Of a stretch of 26,496 bases of DNA, positions 17,817-26,496 are shown piece after piece (within the stretch, counting starts at the first letter, position 1; each line of letters starts with the position of its first letter). A program made the position numbers and the translations under genes. Under the pieces are notes generated by a model. It was not told the DNA's origin. It saw only the letters and a list, made by a program, of their open reading frames with translations, and did no database searches. The DNA lies in the NCBI RefSeq assembly GCF_035285525.1, contig NZ_JAYKGW010000136.1, forward strand, positions 1 to 26,496. Reading direction: 5' to 3'. The stretch comes from Okeania sp. (GTDB lineage Bacteria; Cyanobacteriota; Cyanobacteriia; Cyanobacteriales; Microcoleaceae).

Positions 17817-20333
17817 TTAAGAATTAACAACTGATTTTGCTGTTTTTACCTGGTTTGGATTAATTGCCGCTTTGGGATAAGCAATACGTTTGTGATTGTA
17901 CTGCTCCCAAACCTGTACAAAAATCTCCGCAATACTCGACATTTCTCCCCTTGTCAAACCAGAATCAACCAATTGATTATCCTGCCATCGTGCCCGCATA
18001 ATTTTTTTCACCATTTGCAGCGCATCCTTATGAGTAGCATCCTTCAGCGATCGCAACGCTGCCTCACAAGAATCTGCCAACATCACAATACCTGTTTCCC
18101 GTGACTGAGGAATAGGCCCTGCATAGCGAAAAACCTCTTCCTTCACCACCTTTTTTGTCTTTTCATTTCTTTGCTTGGCTTGGTAATAGAAAAAAGCAAT
18201 TAACATCGTACCCTGATGTTCAGGAATAAACGCCGTAATAGCGTTCGGCAACCTATGCTTACGAGCCATGACCAACCCTTCAGTAACGTGCTTTTTAATA
18301 ATTTCTACACTCACCCACGGATCATTAATTTGATCGTGTTTATTCGGTCCTCCCATTTGATTTTCAATAAAACCTAATGGATCGTGCATCTTACCAATAT
18401 CATGGTACAAAGTACCCGTTCTCACCAATTCCACATTGCAACCAATTTCTCTTGCTGCTGCTTCCGCCAAACTTGCCACAAACATAGTATGCTGAAAAGT
18501 ACCAGGTGCTTCCGATGCCAAACGCTTCAATAAAGGACGATTAGGATTAGCCAACTCAGACAAACGGATCGGAGTAATCAAATCAAATAAATGCTCCAAA
18601 TATGGACTCAAACCCAAAGCCACAATACTCCAAAGCAGACCCGCTAGTGCTTGTAAACCCACTGGAGCCATAATTGCAGACCATAATAATTCCGAACTAG
18701 CACGAACAATCAAAATTGTCAATAAATACACCAGACCTTGAGTTAACCCCACCCCTACACCCAAGAGAGCCTGTTCCTCACGGGAGCGCATTTTTTGAGC
18801 TACCAGACTACCAACAATACCACCAGCAGCACTAGCAAACCAATCTATCCCATCAACATCCATACCAATAGGGAGTACCACAGATATCAATCCCACCAAT
18901 GTTACTCCCATAGTTGAACCATAGAAGTTTCCTACCAACAAACCAACTGCTGGTAAACTACTATTCCAAGGAACTTTGAACCCCACCAGTAACGGCGCAC
19001 TTAAACTCAATAATAGTAAAAGTATATTATCTCTACGCCTCAATCCAGATTGTAATTGTGTTTGTACTATAACTACTATACCTACAGCGCCACTCACAAT
19101 ACAGACAAATACCACTAAGCTACTCCAATTTACCCTCCGGCGACTCAGAGTAAAGTGGTCTAGCAATATAAATGCCTTGCGGTTAATTTTTTCTCCTGCC
19201 TTGACAATAACTTCATTCTTTCGGACTTTGTACTCTACAGGTTTAACATCTTCTGCTGCCAACTCTACTAATTTCTTAGTTCCTTCTAAATCTTTTACTA
19301 AATTAGCCTCCAAAACATTCTTCAAAATTTTAATTGCTAAATCTTCACTTTCCGAGGGAACTACACCAGTGACCTGAACTTTTAGTGCTTTAAACCATTC
19401 CTGTCTGGGAAAATTTGGGGATATTCCTTGAGCCAACATCCGAGCTTTTACTATTTGAACACCCACCTGAGTTTTTTCCCAAACAGCATCAGATAACTCT
19501 AGTAAAGTAGGATCATAAACCTTATAACCTTTATTTTCTCCATCTTCACCCAAAATTTTTGTAGCGTTTTGATAGGAGTTGCGAGCTTGGGATACCTCTT
19601 CTATAATTTGAAGGTAGTTTTCAAATAAACTTCCTTTACGATATGCTAGTAATTCGGAAATTGCTTTTCTATCTCTAGTATTAATGACTGTAAGAATATT
19701 TTTTTGATTATTTTTTGGTATTGATGTTTTGCCAGACAATTCTTCTTCTACTGAAGCTTGTATTTCCACATTATTGTTTTCACTTGTAACTTGTTCTGAG
19801 TTTTGAGTTGCTGTAGGAGAAGTAGTTCTTTTTGATTCAGGACCAGGAGGTTTTTCTTGTAATTTTTCCTCAATTATTTTTTGAATAACCTGCCACTTTT
19901 CTTGGGAAACTTGACGTAAATATTGTTGAGTAGTGGTTGATAATATACCTGTGTTTACAAAAGGAAAATTACCAACTTCTTCTCTAGCTTGATTACCCAG
20001 TAGCAATATTTCTTTTAATTCCTTGTCCACCCTTTGATTCACTGATTCATTAATCATAAACACAGTGATATCCCCAAGTCTTACTGACTTACGCTTCTGC
20101 TCAGTTAATTTACTATCAATTACCACAGCATTATCTGGAGCTTTTATGGTTTTTGGAGAAATAATTTCCTCTCTCAATTCTGGTTCCCTGTAATAACCTT
20201 GACCCATAGTAGCTGTTAGGGATGCTATTGCAACTACAACCAACATTGGAGAAGTCGCCATAGTTGACCAACGGGATGTTTTTTCTGTTTTCTGGGGTTT
20301 CAACAATTTCCCAATTAAATGTGTTAGATACAT
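17817..20333 (-). CDS. 7TM receptor with an intracellular HD/HDIG phosphohydrolase domain (PgpH-like)
   Basis: 838 aa. It has an N-terminal anchor, a large extracytoplasmic domain, about 7 hydrophobic helices, then HD-domain motifs (FQHTMFVASLAE..., GTLYHDIGKMHDP, ADSCEAALRS). Confidence 0.9.
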   Translation of the reverse strand: MYLTHLIGKLLKPQKTEKTSRWSTMATSPMLVVVAIASLTATMGQGYYREPELREEIISPKTIKAPDNAVVIDSKLTEQKRKSVRLGDITVFMINESVNQRVDKELKEILLLGNQAREEVGNFPFVNTGILSTTTQQYLRQVSQEKWQVIQKIIEEKLQEKPPGPESKRTTSPTATQNSEQVTSENNNVEIQASVEEELSGKTSIPKNNQKNILTVINTRDRKAISELLAYRKGSLFENYLQIIEEVSQARNSYQNATKILGEDGENKGYKVYDPTLLELSDAVWEKTQVGVQIVKARMLAQGISPNFPRQEWFKALKVQVTGVVPSESEDLAIKILKNVLEANLVKDLEGTKKLVELAAEDVKPVEYKVRKNEVIVKAGEKINRKAFILLDHFTLSRRRVNWSSLVVFVCIVSGAVGIVVIVQTQLQSGLRRRDNILLLLLSLSAPLLVGFKVPWNSSLPAVGLLVGNFYGSTMGVTLVGLISVVLPIGMDVDGIDWFASAAGGIVGSLVAQKMRSREEQALLGVGVGLTQGLVYLLTILIVRASSELLWSAIMAPVGLQALAGLLWSIVALGLSPYLEHLFDLITPIRLSELANPNRPLLKRLASEAPGTFQHTMFVASLAEAAAREIGCNVELVRTGTLYHDIGKMHDPLGFIENQMGGPNKHDQINDPWVSVEIIKKHVTEGLVMARKHRLPNAITAFIPEHQGTMLIAFFYYQAKQRNEKTKKVVKEEVFRYAGPIPQSRETGIVMLADSCEAALRSLKDATHKDALQMVKKIMRARWQDNQLVDSGLTRGEMSSIAEIFVQVWEQYNHKRIAYPKAAINPNQVKTAKSVVNS

Positions 20334-20363
20334 ATTTCTTGATGCCTAAACATCATAGAGTTT

Positions 20364-21506
20364 TCAAGAGCTACTAGCTGAATGGGGGCGAGGTGAAATA
20401 ACATTGCTGGCAACAACTGTCGGCATTATACTTGGTGTAATATTTGGATCATAAACCCCACACCAAACTGCCCAAAGGTTTTTTGCTAACTTCATAATCT
20501 CTATTTCATCTTTCATGCTCAAAAGTTCAACCCCCATTTTTTGTCGCCATTCTACAGGAACTCCAAAAATACTATTATAAGCTCCTGACAAAGTACCTAC
20601 AATAGTACAGGTTTGAGTTGTCCATCCTGTTCTTGCGGAACGTAATACTGCTAAACTAAAGTCTTCTGGGGTACTTAAAAAGCAATATAGGGCCAGAGAG
20701 ATAGGTGTGAAAAAAGTAGAAGATAGGGACTTTTGTTGACCTTGCCACAGTATTTGCTGTTTTTCAATATATTTAACATCTTCTGAGAAATGATTTATGG
20801 CTGCATCTAAATTTGCTCCCTCATTAATCAATTTGTCTACTTGTCTAAGTTGTCCTACTAATGGTTCTTTTTCCCCAATATAGTCGATAATTTTTGGTAT
20901 AATGTTTAGTGGTTCTAGTCTCTCTGTCAAAATTTGGGTTATTATATATCCAACTACTAAATTGCTGAGATTAACTTCTAAATAATTTTTCCAAACTTTT
21001 CCCCATTCCTCCAATTTTTGTTGCAGTTTCAATTTATTATCATGGTAAAGCAAGGAAACTGGCAAACTAGAAATAATTGCATTACTGGCTGTTGGGTTGA
21101 AAATATCGTCATTGTTTATGTAGTTAAGACTAGGCTGTTTATTATTAACTATGCTTACTAATTTTTCTAACTCTTTTGGAGAAGATTTTATTGTTGTATT
21201 TGGAGCATTAGTATAGTCTTTTTTCTGATTCCACTTATCTTGCCATTCTTTATAAACTTTTTGCCAATCATCTTGGTTAAATTCCTGTTTTCTAATTAAA
21301 CTTTCTGAAGAATTAACAATAATTTCTACCCATTTTTGTAGTTGTTTTTTCTCATAATTTGATAGGTGTAATTTATCTTTATTAATAGATAATCTATAAT
21401 TTTCCCTATTCTTTTCTATTTGATTCTCAAAGTAAAAACCTACATAACTTCCTAAAACTGCTCCTAGCAAAGCACCTTGAAATTTACTCAAGAGAGAATA
21501 GTTCAC
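20364..21506 (-). CDS. ADP-ribosylglycohydrolase-fold-like protein with degenerate metal-binding motifs
   Basis: 380 aa. It has an N-terminal FQGALLGAVLGSYVG, a central NAIISSLPVSLLYH and a C-terminal ARTGWTTQTCTIVGTLSGAYNSIFGVPVEW. These resemble the ARH family signatures but lack the acidic ligands. Its stop is 30 nt upstream of the HD gene start. Confidence 0.6.
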   Translation of the reverse strand: MNYSLLSKFQGALLGAVLGSYVGFYFENQIEKNRENYRLSINKDKLHLSNYEKKQLQKWVEIIVNSSESLIRKQEFNQDDWQKVYKEWQDKWNQKKDYTNAPNTTIKSSPKELEKLVSIVNNKQPSLNYINNDDIFNPTASNAIISSLPVSLLYHDNKLKLQQKLEEWGKVWKNYLEVNLSNLVVGYIITQILTERLEPLNIIPKIIDYIGEKEPLVGQLRQVDKLINEGANLDAAINHFSEDVKYIEKQQILWQGQQKSLSSTFFTPISLALYCFLSTPEDFSLAVLRSARTGWTTQTCTIVGTLSGAYNSIFGVPVEWRQKMGVELLSMKDEIEIMKLAKNLWAVWCGVYDPNITPSIMPTVVASNVISPRPHSASSS

Positions 21507-22153
21507 TATTGTTTCATTTATTATAAAATTTATAGTCAGTATTCAGCCTTTAGCTAGGCTATTTATATTAGGAAATGCGAAATTCAGCAAAGAAAGAATT
21601 AACGTCCAAATAAAATTAAAAGTTATAAATAAAATTAGTCATTATAACCTTAGAATTGCTTAATTACTAAAAATAGCTATTGGTGAAGTATTGCGCAGGA
21701 AATGCTTAATACTTACAATCTATTTTATCTTTGTTATTTAATTTTCTGACACTATCTTATCTAGATATACTAATCCTAAATAGGTCGTAAAAATTCCAAA
21801 AATAGGGATAAGCTCCAAAGCTCTTGCCCATTAGCTATAAAAAAGGCAATATTTTTGCTCCGAATAAAATAGGACTGCTATGCACAGGACTTTGCAGAAA
21901 AATTAAAGTATAAAGCCTATTCATTCATGGAGAAAAAGGAGTATTTACCGGAGTTTGTCATAGGATTGGATGCTTTTAGGGAAATAGCTTCCCGCTCTTG
22001 CAAGGCAACTCCGAAGTACGCCATATCCAATCAACCAAGAAAAGAAAAAAATTCTTTTTAGCCAATCCTCTTCTTTATAAGAAAAAGTAATAATTAATTG
22101 TTAATTATTAATTATTTAAACTCCTTGTATGTATCATAAGGTTAGACAAATAT

Positions 22154-22600
22154 TTAATTATCCCTATTTTGAAGATAATTAACTATTGCTTTTAGCCCCA
22201 AGACATAACTTTCTGAACCAAAGCCACTAATTTGACCAATAGCTACTGGTGCAATAAAAGAATGATGTCGAAATTCTTCTCGACGATAGATATTACTAAG
22301 ATGAACTTCTACTGTAGGAATATTCACTCCAGAAATAGCATCCCTAATAGCAACACTGGTATGGGTATATGCACCACCATTAATAACTATGCCTTGGTGC
22401 TGCTCACTACTTGAGTGAATTGCATCCACCAAGACACCTTCATGGTTAGACTGTAATAGAGAGACTTTTACTCCAAGAACTTCAGCTTCTTTCTCTAATA
22501 GTCGATTTATATTATCTAAAGTTACTGAGCCATATATTCCTGGTTCCCGAAGACCCAGGAGATTTAGATTCGGCCCATGTACAACTAAAATACTAAACAA
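22154..22600 (-). CDS. aroQ: Type II 3-dehydroquinate dehydratase
   Basis: 148 aa with [45 protein letters not shown] and [18 protein letters not shown]. It has an apparent TTG start, and stops lie just upstream in frame. Confidence 0.95.
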   Translation of the reverse strand: MFSILVVHGPNLNLLGLREPGIYGSVTLDNINRLLEKEAEVLGVKVSLLQSNHEGVLVDAIHSSSEQHQGIVINGGAYTHTSVAIRDAISGVNIPTVEVHLSNIYRREEFRHHSFIAPVAIGQISGFGSESYVLGLKAIVNYLQNRDN

Positions 22601-22628
22601 ATTATGTACAAATTGAATTATAAAATTG

Positions 22629-22796
22629 TTAACGACGGGAGCGGTCGTTTACTGGAATAGGAATAGGTTCTGGTTCTGGTTCAAGCTCTGGACCCAATAG
22701 AGCTTCAATTAGCTTGCGAGTCCATTCCTTTAATTTTTCTAGTACCTTTTCAATATAATCCATTAATATCGCATTCCCGCTAGGTACTCTCACCAT
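22629..22796 (-). CDS. Small ORF (55 aa, or 44 aa from ATG 22763) upstream of aroQ
   Basis: It is absent from the supplied track, presumably because it is too short. The sequence is [55 protein letters not shown], an amphipathic helix followed by a Pro/Glu tail. It ends 28 nt before the aroQ start on the same strand. Confidence 0.35.
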   Translation of the reverse strand: MVRVPSGNAILMDYIEKVLEKLKEWTRKLIEALLGPELEPEPEPIPIPVNDRSRR

Positions 22797-23597
22797 AGGT
22801 ATGTTATTTTACTTCTACAGTGAGGGGTAAGCGGGGCGGGTTCTGCCGCTTCCCTTTTCATATAATGTCACTTGGATATTTTAACAACTGAGCCACAATC
22901 AATATAGATTATGGCCTTTTGTTGGTTGATCTTTACTACTTCTTTATACTAACACTTTCTTTTGTTGTTGGTTGAGAAGGCCATCAAGTTATGATTAGTT
23001 TATTGGACAGAAGTATGGACGAAAATTACTCACCTAGGGTTAATTATAATCAAGTTTTCTGATATTGTCTTTTTCAGTAAGCATTTCCTGGGTCATGCTG
23101 CGCCAACAGATATTAGCCGTAAGCACTTCAGCAATTAGTAATGAATAATTAGTTACTTCTGAGAAATTGGGAAGGGGACTTCGGCAATAACTTTTTATTC
23201 TTTCCTAGAATGAGTCCTGTACTGCCCACACTTCCCACACTCTCCTTACTTTTTAGTCGCTCAAGTTGAAAAAATTGCACTTTTTCAGAAATTAAAAAGG
23301 CTAAAACTTTTACCAGTAAACGCTTTGAAATTTACAGTACTTATGAAAAGGCACTATATATAGGGTACTGGTAAGTTACGAGATACACTAACGCACCCTA
23401 CTGCATTGTTTGATCTAAAACTGTACATTAGGAAGAGAGGGTAGGGGCTGTTTGATCCGTAGGGAAGTTTTGCGCTCCGCTTTATATGTCGCGTAGCGTT
23501 AACGCGCGTTGTGCGAAGCGCAAAACGCTGCGGGACATGAAACGCATTTTGGCCGATGCAACGTCCGTACAACGAGTTTTCACCTATTAAGTTAGCT

Positions 23598-23643
23598 AAA
23601 CCCGCCCCTAATGATATAGCGAACTGTCCTAGGGGGCGGGTTT
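23598..23643. repeat. Hairpin repeat AAACCCGCCCCT ... AGGGGGCGGGTTT
   Basis: A 12-bp stem with one extra G. A third half-copy (AAACCCGCCCCTAC) lies at about 23679..23692. It is embedded in an intergenic stretch of about 1.2 kb (22797..23979) made of nested small repeats. Confidence 0.7.
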
Positions 23644-23979
23644 ATATAAATGTTGGAGTAAACATGAAAATTATGGCTCAAACCCGCCCCTACGCTTTGC
23701 ACTATTTTAGGTGAAACAGCCCACTACTGCATTGTTTCATCTTAAATGATGTAATAGATGTAGATTGGGTTTCGTACCTCAACCCAACAAAAATTTTTCT
23801 CTTGTAGGGACGCCTTTATGGAACGTCCCTAGTTACTCCCCAACTCCCCTAATCCCTAATGCGCCATTTTAGATGAAACAGTTCACTACTAATAGCATTT
23901 ATGCGTAAGTCCTAATTTAATCAGCAAGCCCTAAAATATAGTCACAGCAAGAATTTAACTTGGCAACCTCAGACTTTTG

Positions 23980-25074
23980 CTATAACTTCCTTCTTAATAA
24001 GTCAAGAGCAGTACAAGCACTAACTCTTCTTATCCAATCACGATCACGTAAAGGACTAAAGCGGTATTCAAAACTTTCTACCTGATCTTCAGACCTAGCT
24101 ATGCCAATATAAACTAGACCTACAGGTTTAGTGTCAGTTCCTCCTCCAGGTCCAGCAATACCAGTAATACTAATTCCCCAGTTAGTTTCTAATTTGTTGA
24201 CTATTCCACTTGCCATTTGCTTTGCTACTGCATGACTTACAGCACCTTCAGTAACTAAACTGCCCTGCTCTACATCTAATAAGGTAATTTTTACTTGATT
24301 TTCATAAGCTATAACTCCACCATGAAAATATTTTGAACTGCCTGGAGTAGAAGTCAACATACTACCCAAATTTCCACCCGTACAAGATTCTGCCACGGCT
24401 AAAGTTTCGCCTCTTTCTAATAATAATTTTCCTACTACTGAAGCGAGAGAATCATCATTAATGCCATAACAATATATTCCAGCAATATCTCGTATTTGTT
24501 GTTCTACAGAGGCAATTAATTTATCTGCTAATTCCTGAGACTCAGCACTGGCAGAAATTCGTAATTTTACTTCTCCAAAATTCGCATAAGGAGCAACTGT
24601 GGGATTTTTCCCTTCGAGTAAGGGTGCTACTTTTTCTGCTAAAGCTGATTCTGAAATACCCCAAAATTTTAGGGTGCGACTATAGATAGTTTCTCCACAC
24701 CAACCTTGACTCTGAAAATAAGGTACAGCAGTTTGTTGCCACATCTGTTTCATTTCCGTGGGAACTCCGGGAAATGTCATTATTGTGACATTTTGTACTG
24801 GTTCCCAAATAATTCCTGGAGCTGTACCTATGGGATTAGGTAAAATAGTTGCACCTTGGGGAATTAATGCTTGTTTTCGGTTGCTGGGAGTCATGGTGCG
24901 ACCCCGATGGGCAAATTTTTTGGTAATATCTTCGATGATTTCCGGTCTTTCTATAAGTGGGGTGTTAAAAAAGTCGGCGATAGTGGTCACTGTTAAATCG
25001 TCTGGGGTTGGGCCTAACCCTCCTGTGAAGATTAATATTTGAGACCGTTGGGAGGCGATCGCTAATACTTGTTT
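23980..25074 (-). CDS. cinA: CinA-family protein (MoCF-type N-domain plus nicotinamide-nucleotide amidase-like C-domain), 3' exon only
   Basis: The frame is open from about 25080 down to the stop at 23980. It reads KQVLAIASQRSQILIFTGGLGPTPDDLTVTTIADFF...PNPIGTAPG...LAVAESCTGGNLGSMLTSTPGSSKYFHGGVIAY. The first 50-60 residues or so expected for CinA are missing. The upstream boundary is approximate and is the inferred intron 3' splice site. Confidence 0.85.
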   Translation of the reverse strand, partial: KQVLAIASQRSQILIFTGGLGPTPDDLTVTTIADFFNTPLIERPEIIEDITKKFAHRGRTMTPSNRKQALIPQGATILPNPIGTAPGIIWEPVQNVTIMTFPGVPTEMKQMWQQTAVPYFQSQGWCGETIYSRTLKFWGISESALAEKVAPLLEGKNPTVAPYANFGEVKLRISASAESQELADKLIASVEQQIRDIAGIYCYGINDDSLASVVGKLLLERGETLAVAESCTGGNLGSMLTSTPGSSKYFHGGVIAYENQVKITLLDVEQGSLVTEGAVSHAVAKQMASGIVNKLETNWGISITGIAGPGGGTDTKPVGLVYIGIARSEDQVESFEYRFSPLRDRDWIRRVSACTALDLLRRKL

Positions 25075-25115
25075 GTTAAACTAAGCCAGCTTGTTACCAA
25101 ACCGACTCGTCTTCA

Positions 25116-25150
25116 GAACCGGACGTGAGACTTTCACCTCATCACGGCTC
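25116..25150 (-). ncRNA. Group II intron domain V
   Basis: The minus strand reads GAGCCGTGATGAGGTGAAAGTCTCACGTCCGGTTC. It has the AGC triad, a two-part stem and a GAAA tetraloop. Confidence 0.85.
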
Positions 25151-25223
25151 CTCTCTTAAACGTTCCTTGTCATGAATACATCCCTACCTCAAAACCAACA
25201 TATCGTCAAGCCATAAATAATTC

Positions 25224-26496
25224 TCAGGTAAGTCCTGTGGCTTTGGCGCATGGATATGTTTTATTGTCTAAAGCAGTTTTAGTATCGTGGCAATGTCGGT
25301 GCAACAATTGTTTATTTTTCATCGTGTTGTCACCACCAAATGACCTTGGTTTTATATGGTCTATTGACCTAAGGTTAGTTGGCTTAAAAGTTAGTCCACA
25401 AAATGCGCATTTATTCTTTTGCCGTTTTAACAGCGTTGTGACTTCTTTCCTGACGCCTGGATATTTGACAATTCTATTACTCCAATAAGTCCAGTCGCCG
25501 TCATCAGGGGATTTATTACCTTTCACCTTGATGTGCCGTACAATAAGAACATCTGAGTGTTGGTTTAGTATATATTCGCCATTATTGAGAACCCAGTTTC
25601 TGGTTCCTATTGAGGGGAAATACTCTTTCTTCACCCATTTAGCTGGCTTATTTGGATGTCTTCTACTTGCCCATCTCCATAATCTTTTCCATAAGAGCAT
25701 ATCCAGTTTATTGAATACCTCTTTACTGACGACGGTAGAGAAGTAGTGAGCAAATCCCCTGATTATCGGATTTAACTTAGCGATTATTGCTTTAGTAGGG
25801 GCAGTTTTGTGAGAATCACATATATCCGCCAATTTCCGGTAATGAGTTTTTATACTCTTGGAAGATGGTTTAATCAGCGTCTTAAATCCGTTTTTGGTTG
25901 ACTTTACCTTCCACTGCCTGACCGTGAAGCCTAAGAAGTCAAATCCAGGTTTGTTCCCTTCATATTCCTCCAAGGTGTGGGCAATTTTGGTCTTTTCTGG
26001 TTTTAGTTCTAATCCTACTTGGGTTAACCATTCCTGTATTACGGTTTTTGCTTGCAAGACTACTTTGATATCTTCGTGTAAGATTACGAAGTCATCAGCA
26101 TAGCGTATTAAAGAGAGACTATATCGTTTATCTCTTTTGGAAATTGTTTTTCCATTAGGGTATTTAAGTGGAAAATTTTCGATAAATTCCATTAGCCTGT
26201 CTTCCATACCGTGCAGGGCGATGTTTGCTAGTAGGGGTGATATTACCCCGGACTGTGGTGTTCCTTCCACAGTGTCTGAGAATTGTTTATTGTCAAATAC
26301 CCCAGACTTTAGCCATTGTTTAATTAATCGTCTATAGGGGGATTGACCAACTTTTCCCAACAGTGCATCATGGTTAATTTGGTCAAAACATTTGGATATA
26401 TCAGCATCTAATACATACTTGGGTTTATGGTTGATGCTGACATAGATTGCCTCAATGGCATCATGTGTTGACCCCCGGAAAAGACCATAACTATTA
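25224..26496 (-). CDS. Group II intron reverse transcriptase/maturase with a C-terminal HNH endonuclease domain (5' end outside the window)
   Basis: The frame stays open upstream of the tracked start (26360) to the window edge (…THDAIEAIYVSINHKPKYVLDADISKCFDQINHDALLGKV...). It has PLLANIALHGMED, RYADDFVILH, a maturase-like W/R-rich region, and HNH (CAFCG...IDHIKPRSFGGDN...HRHCH). Confidence 0.9.
   Translation of the reverse strand, partial: NSYGLFRGSTHDAIEAIYVSINHKPKYVLDADISKCFDQINHDALLGKVGQSPYRRLIKQWLKSGVFDNKQFSDTVEGTPQSGVISPLLANIALHGMEDRLMEFIENFPLKYPNGKTISKRDKRYSLSLIRYADDFVILHEDIKVVLQAKTVIQEWLTQVGLELKPEKTKIAHTLEEYEGNKPGFDFLGFTVRQWKVKSTKNGFKTLIKPSSKSIKTHYRKLADICDSHKTAPTKAIIAKLNPIIRGFAHYFSTVVSKEVFNKLDMLLWKRLWRWASRRHPNKPAKWVKKEYFPSIGTRNWVLNNGEYILNQHSDVLIVRHIKVKGNKSPDDGDWTYWSNRIVKYPGVRKEVTTLLKRQKNKCAFCGLTFKPTNLRSIDHIKPRSFGGDNTMKNKQLLHRHCHDTKTALDNKTYPCAKATGLT

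Larger units (their letters stand above)
25075..26496 (-). mobile_element. Group II intron, 3' part (domain IV ORF, domain V, domain VI), truncated by the window edge
   Basis: An RT/maturase/HNH ORF is followed by a canonical domain V and a short helix. The intron abuts the cinA reading frame. Confidence 0.9.

Noticed and set aside
17892-19377. Plus-strand ORFs 17892..18104 and 18976..19377, and similarly 4814..5044, 5558..5776 and 22232..22414
   Set aside because: They are antisense to confidently called genes and have no motifs.
21940-22040. Possible structured RNA: an outer stem AGGATTGGAT / ATATCCAATC enclosing a GGGAA...TTCCC hairpin and a CTTCGG loop. Two micro-ORFs of 34 and 44 codons overlap it.
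   Set aside because: The stems are short and imperfect, I recognise no known riboswitch or sRNA consensus, and the micro-ORFs lack ribosome-binding sites. Evidence is insufficient without comparative data.
23354-23572. ORF 23354..23572 (-)
   Set aside because: It lies entirely in nested small-repeat DNA, over segments that recur at 3667..3720 and 14868..14905. It is Arg-rich and has no start context.
24758-25042. GTG start at 24990 for cinA, and the antisense ORF 24758..25042
   Set aside because: The CinA frame continues open upstream of 24990 with conserved sequence (ILIFTGGLGPTPDDL), so 24990 is internal. The plus-strand ORF is antisense to a well-supported gene.
25237-26337. Four plus-strand ORFs (25237..25488, 25528..25746, 25858..26103, 26137..26337)
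   Set aside because: All are antisense to the intron RT/maturase ORF, which has clear catalytic motifs. They are short, fragmented and lack recognisable motifs.

Overview
This is an AT-rich cyanobacterial chromosomal segment, very likely from a heterocyst-forming (Nostocales-type) genome. I found eight copies of the HIP1 octamer GCGATCGC by eye. Several heptamer tandem arrays (STRR-like: AGTCAAA x10, CTACTCC x8, TTAATTA runs) and many small nested dispersed repeats fill unusually long intergenic regions. By my coordinate tally about 8 of the 26.5 kb is non-coding.

Coding content, in order:
- three Uma2/DUF820 nuclease paralogs, one of them decayed
- a hypothetical 168-aa protein
- a coiled-coil membrane protein
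- a transglutaminase-core protein
- an orphan ShlB/FhaC-type TpsB outer-membrane transporter
- chlL, then a 498-aa hyper-acidic tandem-repeat protein, then chlN (dark-operative protochlorophyllide reductase genes)
- a 7TM-HD (PgpH-like) phosphohydrolase co-oriented with a degenerate ADP-ribosylglycohydrolase-like protein
- aroQ, preceded by an untracked small ORF
- the 3' exon of cinA, interrupted by a group II intron (RT/maturase/HNH ORF plus domains V and VI) that runs off the right edge of the window

I see no tRNA or rRNA genes, no CRISPR array and no recognisable defence or toxin island. The best candidates for something undescribed are:
- the chlL-X-chlN module: the acidic minisatellite protein, plus a 118-bp x3 tandem repeat that creates a near-consensus promoter in front of chlN
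- a local iteron-like array of the palindrome AGAAACCCGGTTTCT
- the pseudo-ARH/PgpH-like gene pair

All family calls come from motif recognition by eye. No searches were run.
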